A stretch of 62,582 nt of DNA, the filler included, from Perkinsus olseni (Eukaryota): assembly GCA_013115125.1 (NCBI GenBank). It is 9 parts of 9 records of this genome, joined end to end, with 100 filler letters (N's around TTAATTAATTAA, not from the genome) between each part and the next. Parts side by side here need not be neighbours in the genome. Positions count along the whole stretch, not along the records: positions 34,924 to 41,775 come from JABANN010001062.1; positions 41,876 to 48,717 come from JABANN010001063.1; positions 48,818 to 55,653 come from JABANN010001064.1; 6 more parts are not named here. One strand, given 5' to 3'. Below, piece by piece: positions 36,544 through 49,296 of this stretch. A model generated the notes under the pieces. It did not search any database. It had not been told where the DNA came from and saw only the letters and a list, made by a program, of their open reading frames with translations. Position numbers and translations under genes: made by a program. Within the stretch, counting starts at the first letter, position 1, and the number at the start of each line of letters is the position of its first letter.

Positions 36544-39500
36544 ATGCTGCTCCTACTGCTCACGCCTTTCCTTTCCTCTCAGTTTTACAGCCCGGAATAC
36601 TTGTCTACTTTCGTTGTAGATCTTAACATGGCGACACCTGAGGGATTCAATCTGAATCTCTTGCCCTCGGCTGATGACTTCAACGATTCCACGGTCTATG
36701 AAGCTGTTCTATCGGTGGCCCAGAGCGAGGACATGCCCTCCCTCAAGCAGCAGTTGGCGAACTATCGCCGCAAGCGCACCAACGCCTACAATGCCATCAA
36801 GGACATCCGCCAGCGTATGGCAGCGGCCGACCCCGCTGACACGAACGAAGAAGCCGAGACTCTCCTGACACAGAGTCTTCTGTGGTCAGATGCGAAACTT
36901 GCCGTCAAAATGCTGGAGGACCTCGAGGAGCACCACGAGCACTACTTGGTTTTTGGGACACAACTAACACGTCCGTCAAGGCTGGTGGAACCTACCGCTC
37001 CGGTGGCTGAACAGGAAGGTGAATCTTCTCCTCCCAAGGAGCAGGGTCCCCCTCCACCGCCTCCACAGCCCCCAGTAGGTCAACCAGCGGGGTCCCTCCC
37101 TCCCGCTGTGGTCTCATCGGCGAAGAGCTCTCAACCTTTCCTCACCCCGCTTAGCACGGCCTCCTATGGTAATCCTGCAGCCGCAGCCTCAGCAGCGCCG
37201 TCGCGGCGTCCTACATCGAGTCAGGTGTCTAAAGTCGACCTACCAGAGTTAGCGGACAAGTTCTCTTTGCAACACCACTTGTCCATCTGTGAGGCACTGA
37301 TGGCCGAGGCGGAATTGGGAGCGTATGAAGAAGGTATCTTTCGGCCATAACCGCACCTACGCTTCAGCGTCGTCAACAAGATCTTAACCTCTCTCAAGCC
37401 TGTAGCGGACATCTCCTCTTTGGCATCTTCTACGGCTGAACAGCAAAACTATGACTGGCCTGCGGTCCGGCAGGTACTCCTGGCGACGTTTGCGAAGAGA
37501 GAGTCGCTGTTGATGCAACTAAGGGAGGTCGTCGGTGGTCTGAAGTTCAGCAACATAGATAAGTTCTATGCCGACGCTCGCAAGATCCACGCTATGGTGA
37601 TCCGTCTTTTCGGAGCCGACAACTAGTACGAGATACGAGGTTTCATCGAGTCTCTTGTCGCCAGGCTGCCTGCCAGCCGTGCGTCTGCTTTGATCTCGGA
37701 GGTGCACCGTGTCGCTCGTCTACAAGCCTACACCCCTGACTGGTCGCTCGCGGTCCCTTTCGATGGAACCGAGACGTCACTTCTCGGCATTCTTAACCGG
37801 CTCGAACGACAGGAGGTTGCTGCCCGCATTCTAACGGCCAGGGGCATAAGTGCGAGTGCGGAGCTCGCCGTAGCAGCTCTGGCGAGCCAGCCCGGTGCGC
37901 CCGCTATCCCTCCGAGACTCTCATCAAGGTCTTAGACTTGTGGGGTGATGCTTTGCGGCAGAAGATACCTGAGATGCTCGACAGCTTTGCTCTTCGTGGC
38001 CGAAAGCGCAAATTCCCATTGTTTCGGATCGTGGCCCTACCGAAAGACTGTGATCGTAAAGCCGTCCTGACTAAGCTCAAGGAAATTGGCGTACGAGCTG
38101 ATGTGTTCACCCCTTTTCCCTAAGCCCTGAGTACGGCCGGAAACTGCTCACGGTTCCGGTCGGTCCTGAGCAAGACTGTAAACTGCTTCCGGCGGAGAGG
38201 ACCGAGGGGCAAGCCGTTTATGATCTACGCTCGCTGCCCGTTGACTCTTCCGGTTCCGCGGCGCCAAAGGCATTGTGGCTGCATTGTTTACTGGAGGCTG
38301 CCGATGGTAGCCGAATCTCCGTCCCGGCTTTGGTTGACACTGGTGCTGGTCTGAACTTCCTGGTGGCTCCACGCGGCTACGCTTCGTCATGTCAAAAGAG
38401 GTTCTTGCTCTCTGCCCATACGCCTGGCCGACGGTTCGGTACGTACGGTCGACAGATGGATAACTCTCTCCTTGTCGGTGCATCTGAAGGACGGCCTCAC
38501 CACTCCGAAAGCACAGCATTGCTTCTATGTTCTTCATGGACCTGAGCTTTCCTCACGAGGAGATATGCCTCTCCTCATCGCTGGTCGACGTTTGCTTTCC
38601 GATCTGAAGGTGTCTGTGATGGCCAACCCGTCTAGGGTACTGCTCGATGGCAGAGAAGTAGCCTTTTATCCAGCTCCCAGTGCCAAATCTACCCAATCCC
38701 ATTGCCTCGCTCTCGTAGCTCACCGAGAGCGCCAGGGCGACGCCGGCATCCAGGAGAGCGAGCGCCGAGTATTGGAGCCCATTGAGGCAACATCTGATGA
38801 CATAGTCGACATCCCGTTCGGTGAGGCTCCCGCTGTCTGCACCCGGCTTCTCGATGACCTCGTTGCCCGGTCCTGGGAGCCGATGCGCAGCTGCCCAGGC
38901 TGGGAGGCCAGACTCCGTGCCCTGCAAGTTCACCAGCTTCGTGATAACCCTGCCCAGTCCCATGTTTTCGAGCTACGCTGCATGTCCGTTGCTGCTGGCC
39001 ACTGCCCGGTCCTGCCGGCCAGCTCTCGGAGAGCGGCCACGGGGGCATATTCTCGCCTGTCGCCGGCTGAGAAGGCCAAGTTTGATCAACTCGTTCTCGG
39101 CTATGAGAAGCGCAAGTGGTGGGTTCGGTGTGATGAGACTCAACTCACTGACTTGGCCAGGGAAGAATATGTGCTTGACCCGTCCATCGTCCTTATGGTC
39201 CCGGCTGGTCCGCGACGGAAAGCGGGCCTTGTTGTGGATCTGCGCAGGGCTAACCGTCGCCTGAAGAAGGGTAGCAGTCCGTCGATTGATGTATCTACCT
39301 GCATATCCACAGTCCGGTTGCACTCGTCCGGGTGCATGCTCCTACTCGACGCGGTCCAGGCATTCTACAGGCTGAGATGGGTCCACATGCGGGCTCTCTT
39401 ACTGGTTAGAGAGAGGTTGTACCTCTCTGATAGATGCGTTTTTGGAATCAGTACGGGTCCGGGAAGTCTCTCCCATACTCTCGGAGCCTTGGCAGAAGCG

Positions 39501-41759
39501 TTTCGTTTAGCTTGCCGTGATGACTTCCACCTACTTCTCAACGACTTTGCCGATGACATCTTGTGTGCAGGTGAGAACGCGGCTAAGGCGGTCTGCTGGC
39601 TCATCTATGTTATGGCTCGCTGCGGGTTCACGGTGGGTTCCTCGAAGTTTCAGCCCTTGGCCACTTCCAGAATGAAGCTACTTGTCCTCACCGTACTGAG
39701 CAAGCTCGGGCTTCCGGCGGAGCTTTTCGCATGGCACCCTGAAGTGAGCCTCCTTGGTTGCACCCTCTCCTACGACGAAGTTGAAGCCGGTACTTTTTTG
39801 GTGGTCAGCTGCGGGCGTCAGGAGCGACTGGATGCGGCTCGAGCCCAGATTGAGCAACTGGTCGCGGCTCTTGACGGTGATGCCCAGGCGAGTAGGGCCA
39901 TAACGAAGGCGTTCATCTTCTCTTGCGGGGGTAACCTCGCCTACGATAGTGGTGGTGTTCACGCGGTTGAGCGCGCGATCGCAGCAGCGCTGCGGAGCTG
40001 CTTTGCCCGAGTCTTTGCCGCCGATGACTGGAAGCGCCCCTGTGATCTACGACAACTACCGGAGGCTGAACGCGCAGCTGTACGTGGCCTCGCGGAGTGG
40101 ATCCTGGAACTGACATCACCTGAGTTACTCTCGCAGCCGTGCTCTCATCGAACTCCCACGCGCAACGATGCTGACCCGATCGAGCTGGAAGTGGTATCGG
40201 ATGCATCCGCAACTGGTGCGGGGTATGTCATTTCGGTCATCGGTAAGGACGGCGCCAGGTATGTCATCGCCAATGGAGCCTGGAGATTCACTTCGGCGCA
40301 GCGGGTCTACCACAGCAATCGCCGCGAGCTAGCGGTCTGCTGCAAGGCGGTGCACGCGGCAGCAGATCTCTTGTCCCACTTCAAGTCGAGGAGTACTGGT
40401 CTTCCGCTCATTCACCTTGTGGTGCGCTCTGATAATCGGCCAACGGTGGCGTGGCTCCAGGGCGAAGGTACGGTATCGCGTTCGTCCCTAGAGCGGCGGG
40501 CCGTCCTGCGAACTTTGAACGCGCTCAAGGATGAGCTAGATTTTCTGAGATCTATAAGTGGAGGAGGCCAAGAGTGCGGAATTGAGATAGAGCATATCGC
40601 AGGGACAGCCAACTCCGAAGCCGACGGGCTGTCTCGTCTCTTTGAGAGACTGGTCCCTACTGGTCAGGGTAGGAAGATTTGAGAGACTTTGGCCGACGCT
40701 CTTTTAGGTGGCTCTGAGGTTCTACCGGATACCGCGGAATACCCGGATGTTTTTGACGAGCCTCACTCCGACCGCCGTGGTATATCCTGGCTTATGACAG
40801 AAGCCGATGAGCGGGTTTGTCAGCAGGTTGACATCTTCCAGGCACTGAGCTACATCCACTTGGATCCTACCTTGGACGGTCTCCCAGGACCCGCCGATGC
40901 GGATGCTGTAGATCTGGCAGCGTCGCCTATAGACGCCGGTGACAACGAGCCCATACTGACGCACCTGTGCAACCGTAACTGGGATATTAATGGTGTCATC
41001 TCCGACTTCGACTTCCTCCGCTCTGTCTTCCATGCCCTGAGGCCTAAGGCGAGGCAAAGGCAGCTTTTCCGAGCCCTACGACCTGCAGAGGTCTTGAGGG
41101 AGGAGTCGAGAGAATGTATGATGCGCGCCCTGCAGCAGGATTTGAAGCCCGTTGTCGTCAAAGCTGCCGGTCCTCACGTTGTAAGCAAGGAGGGTATATA
41201 CTGCTTTCGGAATGGGAGCCCTGACGGAGGTTACGCACTCCTTCCCATCCTGCCCAGGAGTGACGATCGGTGCTTGCATTTTCGGCGCAAACTTCTACTG
41301 GATGCTCACCGGCGCTCAGCTCATGGTGGTATTGGCTCTACGGTCTCACGGATATCCTACGCCTTCCATCTGCCTGGGGTCCGACGCGAGTGTAAACGCC
41401 TTATCCGCTATTGCTATTGTTGCCAGCTCCAACGGGCTCGCAGGGCGTGGCGGCAGCCGCCGGGTCTGAGCGACTCGAGGAAGGAGCAGCTGAAGTGGGA
41501 ACCTTACCATGACGTTTACATTGACTTCCTTCACCTTGGGGAGGTGCGAGGCTACGACGGCCCTACGACAATTTTGACGGTTTACTGCTTGGCTACTGGT
41601 CATTCATGTTGGGTCCCGTGCAGGGAAAATCTTGACGACGTGTTACGGGGCCTTCGCCGAGTCCAGGCCCAGGAAGGAGGGTTATTCACCATTCGCTGTG
41701 ATCTAGCAACACTCGCAGCTGAGCCGCTAGACGTGCAACATAAGATCAGGAGGTACTGA
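36544..41759 (+). mobile_element. Near-complete but inactivated LTR retrotransposon (gag-PR-RT-RH-INT), BEL/Pao-like
   Basis: Gag frame has stops at 37348, 37624 and 37933. Protease LVDTGAG; RT LDAVQAFY, CVFGISTGP, DFADD; RNase H VSDAS, NRRELA, SDN, HIAGTANSEADGLSR; in-frame TGA at 40680; integrase HRRSAHGG...CYCC and YIDF...VYCLATG. Confidence 0.92.
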
Positions 41760-41875
41760 GATGTGATGGAGATCGNNNNNNNNNNNNNNNNNNNNNNNNN
41801 NNNNNNNNNNNNNNNNNNNTTAATTAATTAANNNNNNNNNNNNNNNNNNNNNNNNNNNNNNNNNNNNNNNNNNNN

Positions 41876-41876
41876 G

Positions 41877-41944
<68 letters not shown>
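41876..41944. repeat. (GTT)n microsatellite
   Basis: Read directly at the contig start. Another (GTT)n tract lies at 44163-44217. Confidence 0.97.
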
Positions 41945-42776
41945 ATTACGATTCTTGAATTGATGTTGGATTGGGGCACAACTCCGTTAAGAAGACTGCA
42001 AATGCTACTGCTGAGTCTATTGCCGAATGCTCCATTGCTATATCGAAAGCTATACTATTGACTGATGATAATAATGATCGTTGTACCTTACTAAAATTAT
42101 GATGACGACAATGATGATAATAATGAAGAAGTGTAGTACCCGATGAAAACCTCCGATAACACCATTGTGCATGAATATGAATTTACCACAACGAAATGGA
42201 TGACATAATGATTGCCCTACTGGTGTTGAAGGACCTGCTGCTCTTACCTGATATATTGGATAATGATAATAATAATAATACGGATAGGGTAGTAATGGTA
42301 CATGTGCGAATATAAGACGGCTCCTGATTCTATCACTCAGTTGTGCTAGATTCCTGTCATTCCATGCTGGATTGCCTGATAATGATTATTACTTATTACT
42401 GATTACTCAATCATCATCATGATGAATTAATATTACTTGATACAAATACACATGCTCCACCATCACCACCACCACCATCATGAGCATCGCCACTGTGGGG
42501 AGGATCATCGCTGGTATTAGTATCGTACCATCCAATGCCGTAACCGTCACCATTAAGGAATGGCTGTTTATAACTTTGATGAGGTACGGCCCCTGGGGGT
42601 AGTTGTTGTCGTTCTTGACAAGCGTATCTGTACAATGACACTGATGATAATATTACTATAACTGGCTGATATTGTTATTATTACGATTGTCTTATTATAC
42701 TCATATTAGGTCTAGTAGTTACATCAGCTAACACTACTGCATCATCACCTGATATTAATGCTGTTAAGCGACACAT
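41945..42776 (-). CDS. Class II glutamine amidotransferase (DUG3/EgtC-like), 3' truncated
   Basis: N-terminal MCRL nucleophile, NGDGYGIGWY, PAWNDRNL, IFAH|VRAA, CHPF and FMHNG across short introns. Confidence 0.92.
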
Positions 42777-43185
42777 GAGGGAGGGGGGGGGCTAGTCTCA
42801 GGTGAAGCAGGGGGTGTTGGAAGGGGACTACGTAGTATTGGAACACAAGATCAAATACTGTGAGACTGATGGTAATACTTCTTTTTACATGCTCATCTAT
42901 GCTGTCTTACTACATCATCATCATCATCACCCACACTGGGAAGGGACTCGGTGATAGTGATACTGATTATCATTAGCATCGAGATAATCACGATGACGAT
43001 ACGATGAGTGTTGTATTATTTACACGATGCATACTTGTGTCTTCGATAGTAGACAGCATCATCATCATCATCATTATCATCCTCATCATCATAGGTTGAA
43101 GGGTAATAAGAATAACGAGCACTCTGCGGTATGAGACTACGTGCCCTTGATGATGATGATGCTGCTATGCAGGTATCGGGCATCA

Positions 43186-44162
43186 TCAGAATGCTGACTT
43201 ACTATGATAATACCGACCCGCATGGGGCACGCCTGAATGGGGAGAACGAGAATTCAACGGTTGCGCGTGTAATATGATATTACTGTCGGTGTCATCGTCA
43301 TCATTATAATAATAATTGATATATAACTTAGTGCATTGCTCATATACCAGGAAAGTTAACATAGTCTGAGGTCCAAGCCTTATATAATTGGGTAACCACC
43401 CTTTCAACCTACGATGATCATGGATCATCATAATAGCAGATAATTATTGGGAGGCACATATTACAGTGCCATGGGTCCTTCTCTTCGCAGGAGCTTTGTG
43501 ACAAGACTGCTAAGCCCATTGCTGTTCGGTACCACTCCTTTCGGTGATGATGATGATGCCATTAGCATGGTCTTTAATACATCAAATGGTGATGTTATTG
43601 TAGTAGCAACTATACCCGATATTAAACCCGCTACTACGCTTATCTAAATGTAACATGATGATGTATTAATAATGATTGCAATAATCTTACATTAAGATCA
43701 CTGAGATGTATCTTAGCCACCATACTGTTAGTATGGAGATACCCCTTTACTGTGGTATAGGGTCCTATCTGTGATGCTGTTAATAATGCCCCTCGTATTA
43801 CCGACATTGATGTACCCCTCCACAAATTAGAGTAGTCTTGGTGGTGGTGGTGCTGAGGGCATGATGATGGGTAAGATGATATAATTGGTGAAATATGATA
43901 TAGTACATCTTACGTTACATTTACATGATGATCCATCGTAGATGGTGGCTGCTGCTGCTGGTGTCGGCCATGGCCTTACGCAAGCATTATTATTATCAGC
44001 AGCTTGGCGTCTAACTTTAAGGACTTCTAATGGATTACCAATAACAGCAGCCAAGGAACCTATCAATACACGTATTAACTATATAGTACATTATTATTAC
44101 TACCAGATAATAATGCTGCTGTGATACTTATCATAGACGATGATGAAACATTATTATTATCC

Positions 44163-44217
<55 letters not shown>

Positions 44218-44729
44218 AGGTGAGCATACTACGATCCATCATTCCTGTAGGCTGCTGCTTCTCACAAGATGTTTCCAGATATGATTTAATAGGTGAGTAT
44301 CTAGTACAATATGTACAATGATACCATGCAATAGTAGTGCTACTACAATCCAAGCCTAGCACCACCATAAATGGATGCTCTAGCCAATGCTGGTAACCAC
44401 CCTCTGAAGAGCCCACTAAAGCCATCTATATATATTATCTAATAGTATCAAGTACTACATTACCCCCCTCCCATTGGTAAACCTCATTACTTCTTTAGCT
44501 ACATCATAGGCCATCCGTGGTGAGAATGCTAGTCTAGTGACACTACTACCAGCAGTAGTAAGAGAGTGGCCACCACGCTGTTGTTGTAATAATTGTAATC
44601 GCACCTACTAATAATATAATTAGCATGACCTTATTTTATTATTACCTTGACAAGATCCAATGGGTGAGTTATTAATGTGGCGCATGATACTGATAATGAT
44701 GATATTATTATGTGTGTCGTAGTACTCAT
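43186..44729 (-). CDS. Mitochondrial carrier family protein (oxoglutarate/dicarboxylate/UCP-like)
   Basis: Three PxD/ExxK motifs (HPLDLVK, NPLEVLKVR, SPFDVLKT), plus WRGTSMSVIRGALLTASQ and KGWLPNYIRLGPQT. Confidence 0.92.
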
Positions 44730-45004
44730 CATAACATCACTTTCCTTATTCATTCTGTTAACTATGGTAATCATGCGTTAACATCTACTCCAAGAACAGC
44801 AAGTCTATCATGTGCTCTCGGTAGTCTGATTAAAATCTTATTGGTAGTCGTCTAGTGACCCAGTTAAGGAAGCGCAAGAGCGCAAGGCCCATCAACGACG
44901 GTGGCCTCGAGATGAAGGATTATGTTGTCATAAACTAGATGATGGTAGTGGTAGTAGTTATGATAGTAGGTGTCTGGTGTAGTTACCTGGTATTGTTGAT
45001 ATTA

Positions 45005-47428
45005 ATGAAAGCTCAACGTGTATCGATTACAGGAGATACTCCCATCTCATCGTCAAATACTGGTACTGATAATACTAGTACCACATCATCAATACATCAT
45101 CATCATCCAGCACTATCGTTCTACCGTACACCTCCCATAGGTATGGTCAGTATTGGGTTATTGTTGTATCTTGGATGATAGGTGATATATCAATATCGGA
45201 ATTGGACACTATATGTAAAGCAAGACTAGCACTATTACAATCGATTGATAGGAAGTTAACCAATTATGAAAGGGATAACAACAACAACAACAACAACAGT
45301 GGTGGTGGAGGATCAACTGCTGATAATAATAATACGGACATTCATGGTAGCTCTGTACTGCTCAATGGTAGGACAAAATACAAATTAGGTTTCTGTTCAA
45401 GGGAAGCTGGCAATATAGTTATGTCGATACCCAGTTGTTTGATGAGTAAACATCATCATCATCAAGGGTCATCATCATCGTCAGGCGTGGGGAAGTCATC
45501 ATTCGAGGGTGATAATGATATAACCAGTCATTTTATGTTGAGATTAGCGTAAGGTTACATCACCAGAGTACTCTGATCATTATTATTATCTCGAAGGTTC
45601 TGTCGATCCCCTGAGCTGACCAATTGGTTCATTAAATGTGAGGAGTTACTACTACAATGTATTCTGCATTATTATGGACAATCTGCCCTGACTAAAGTAA
45701 TGCTCATCATTGTGTGGTGGTATCATCATATTCTACAGGCACTTCAACAGACAGGTGTATCCAATCTCATCAACCGTGTTTTTGGCGATACTGACATGTT
45801 ACCTCAACATCCCACAGGAGGTAACCATCAGCATCATGATGATGGGCCAGTGTGAATGCTATTGCTATTGTAGATGGGAAAACCTCTCTCGTTGATATGT
45901 TGCGTAAGGCTACTCTCGGCTGTAATGGGGGGCATCAGCAGCCTCAGCAGTCCTCTACTACCACAACGACTTTTTATGAGATACCATTCATGGTGAGATG
46001 ATCATCATCATACGAATGATGATGATCATGTTCATTCATATCATCAGTATTGTTCTCCTCATCTAATTGCCCGGAGAGCCGTGGTAATTATTGGCGGTAT
46101 GGCGTATATACCAGACGCACAACTCAGTTCTCTATTGTGCAAGTAGTAGTACCAACAACAACAACAGTAGTTATGATGATATTGCTATTATTAGGACGTA
46201 TCGTGAGGAGCTACGTGAACATTTAAGAGTTGCATTACAGGTAGTAGACATTACCTCTACCACATTCTTGTGTATTCTATCAGGAACGTGCTGTATTCAT
46301 GAACGACCCTCGTATAGCGACCATAGTGCAACAGATGCATCCAACATACAGGTCATAACTACTACTACCACCTTCTGTTGTGATACCTCCTCTAGGCCAT
46401 CCAATGGTAACAGTATGGATGATCTTCCCGACTCTGAGAAGCTATCTCTCGATAATTTCAACTTGGTAGTAACAATAAGGGGTATCATCAGCATCACTAC
46501 TCTGTAATGATCCACCTATTCTTTATCAGCTACTGGAACGATCCTTCCCACCGTGTATGAGGAATTTGATAGAACAGATGAGACAGAAGAAAACACATCT
46601 CAAACATCGAGGAAGACAGCAATTACCACCCTTCTTAAGGGCCGCTGGTACTACTTCTACTACTACTCGTAGTAATGATAGTGTCAGTGTATCTGTGTTG
46701 TATCAGGATTGAATATGGATGATAGTTTGAGATGGTTCAAGACGGAGTTTACGCGTGATCAGAGCATTGATCCAGATAAGTTTGATCGTCATTACAGTTA
46801 TGATATCAAATGGGTCTATGGTAAAGTAATGGTCATTGATGATATCATCATCGATGAACATTCCTAGCGTATCATCATCATCATCAGGTTGGACGTATGA
46901 AACCGGCACAAGCGTTAAGCTGCAGTACAATTCTTGGTTTCGAGTATCCGACTGCTCAGCAAATACATGGATGCCCTTTCAAGTAGGTCATTCTCCTCTA
47001 TACCATCTATTACCTATACTCTTATTAGAACCATGGATGACTCTGTCTTACGTAAAACTTTGAGTAATTGGGCTGAGAGAGCTGGATGCAGTCAGCAGCA
47101 GTCGTCGATAATGATTGAAGATATCACCAAGAAAAGTAAACGTGAAGGCCAACTCGCCTGCCAGGTGAAGATGATCATCAGTATGCTTCGTCTTCTCATG
47201 TTCAATCTCATTATATTCAGGAATGGTTCCGCGTAATGCACCCGGGAAGCAGTGGAGATGGGGTTGGTAATCATCCTAATTCATACTTCAGGTAACAACA
47301 GTGTCAGGATCCTCAGTCTTAGTAGTACTGTTATTCAATCATCAGCGAATCAATCGCCTATCATCTACCAAAAGATGGCAGGAATGATGCGGACGATAAA
47401 ATGGAGAATGTAGATGAAAGTGTTTGAT
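45005..47428 (+). CDS. PRIM2: DNA primase large subunit, multi-exon
   Basis: LSFYRTPP, DITSHFMLRLA|FCRS, FPPCMRNL, HLKHRGRQQLPPFLK and HPNSYF match the eukaryotic PriL Fe-S domain. Ends are approximate. Confidence 0.92.
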
Positions 47429-47830
47429 GATATCATACTTAACATGTGCAACTTATTTCATCATCAATGATTTGCGTTATCAGTCATGTTCTTGTACTAT
47501 GTTACATAACAAAGCTCAGTCCTCAACTCAACTATTCAACACAATTCTACTCATCTGGAAGCAAATGCCTTAAAATGTCGGTTACACAAGAGTCTTCAAA
47601 AACATCTAAGATATGATGATGATGATGATGATGATGATCGAAACAATGAGTGTCTTACTCGAGTAACTTGGCGTTCCTCATTCTGAGTATCCTTCCTCAG
47701 TGCAACATCCCGAGGGTTCATATCCAATGAGCACTTGGACGAGGTATTCCAATTATCAGTGACAAGTTGACAACCGTACACAACCGTTGACGCCTTTCTG
47801 GACTCTTCCTCTGCCAATCTCTGATAAACA

Positions 47831-48562
47831 TCATGAGTGAGGATAAAGGATGCCCCGGAAGAGCATCGGTAATGAACCATGATGATGTGATATTACATTC
47901 AACCACATCATACGGCGCTTCGATGAGGTTGATTCATTCTTATGTGTAATGGGGTTGAGCTTGGGATCCCGTAATGTATTATCAGTAGCTGCTGCCTTGT
48001 TATCATCTCTCTGATATAAACTACTCATCATCAACATGTTTTTTCATATCACTACTTCTTGCGGTGGGTGGATTCCTAATTCTGGTACTGATAGATCGTT
48101 GGGGTCTAATTCTGGTATCGGAGATCTTATTATTTTCTCGATTTCTTTTACTGTTTTCCATTCATCGAACCAGATCGTACCTGAATTGATTACCATAACC
48201 TCAGTAAGAATACTCCATCGTTGTTGTTGTTGTTGTTGTTGTTGTTACATCCACCATCCTTGACTAATCTCGTATCAGTACACCCTCTGCCCCTGGGTTT
48301 ATTGCATTTATGAAACCATACCCTTTCCCTAACCTCATCAGCTGCGACTATAGCTATAGCAAGCCCCATATGTCCCGCTCTACCGACTCTACCAATCCTG
48401 TGTATGTACCTGAATAATAATAATAAGGATGAATACATGAACACTGAGTGAATAGACTTTACGTTTGAGCATCATCAGATGGAGGTAAGGTTAACATGAT
48501 TTCGAAAGGTAATCCAGATATATCGATACCACGAGCAGCAACATCAGTACATATCAGGAACC
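47831..48562 (-). CDS. DDX1: DEAD-box RNA helicase DDX1, 3' part
   Basis: [32 protein letters not shown] and the DDX1-type RVWFHKC...[16 protein letters not shown] tail. Confidence 0.88.
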
Positions 48563-48618
48563 TGTGAGGATGATGAGGATGATGATGATATTAGTAATGT
48601 ACTGATAATAATGACTGA

Positions 48619-48619
<1 letters not shown>

Positions 48620-48650
<31 letters not shown>

Positions 48651-48717
48651 AGTAGTAGTAAGTAGTAGTAAGTAGTAGTAAGTAGTAGTAAGTAGTAGTA
48701 AGTAGTAGTAAGTAGTA
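48620..48717. repeat. (AGT)n / (AGTAGTAGTA)n microsatellite
   Basis: Read directly at the contig end. Confidence 0.97.
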
Positions 48718-48833
48718 NNNNNNNNNNNNNNNNNNNNNNNNNNNNNNNNNNNNNNNNNNNNTTAATTAATTAANNNNNNNNNNNNNNNNNNNNNNNNNNN
48801 NNNNNNNNNNNNNNNNNGCTTTTCTGCGATTGT

Positions 48834-49208
48834 GCGCTGGCGCGCGCTCACTTCACGAGAATAGCGCTCGTCATCACAACTTTCAACGATCAACTGTCAG
48901 CGTCTGATTGGCACGATGCCAGTTGGTTCACCTTACCGGCATCGTGCCAATCTGACGCGATTTTCAAAACTGGCCTGTGGATTTCGCTGATAACTTGCAT
49001 CAGCACGTATATCGGTGAGACTAAGAAAAGTCGATCATAAAAACTGTACCTTGTCCAGCTATCTCGCGCGATATAATCGTTGAAAGTTGTGATGACGAGC
49101 GCTATTCTCGTGAAGTGAGCGCGCGCCAGCGCGACGTGGGTAGCGTACGAACGTCAATTAATGTGTCGTATAATACGACAATACCGCAATACGACTCGTA
49201 TTGCGGTA
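48834..49208. repeat. Nested inverted repeats and palindromes
   Basis: Perfect 57-bp arms at 48834-48890 and 49076-49132. Inner 21-bp arms at 48900-48920 and 48938-48958 (1 mismatch). Palindromes at 49164-49180 and 49182-49208. Confidence 0.95.
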
Positions 49209-49296
49209 GTAGCCGAATATATTGTAATCGTGTACTATATCGTTATTGCCAGATTGATCACTGATGAATTATCAGTATCATTAAGTTAGTAATATA

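Noticed and set aside
37348-40682. In-frame stops as programmed readthrough or an alternative genetic code
   Set aside because: All three stop types occur together with frameshifts, consistent with ordinary decay. Other long ORFs use the standard code.
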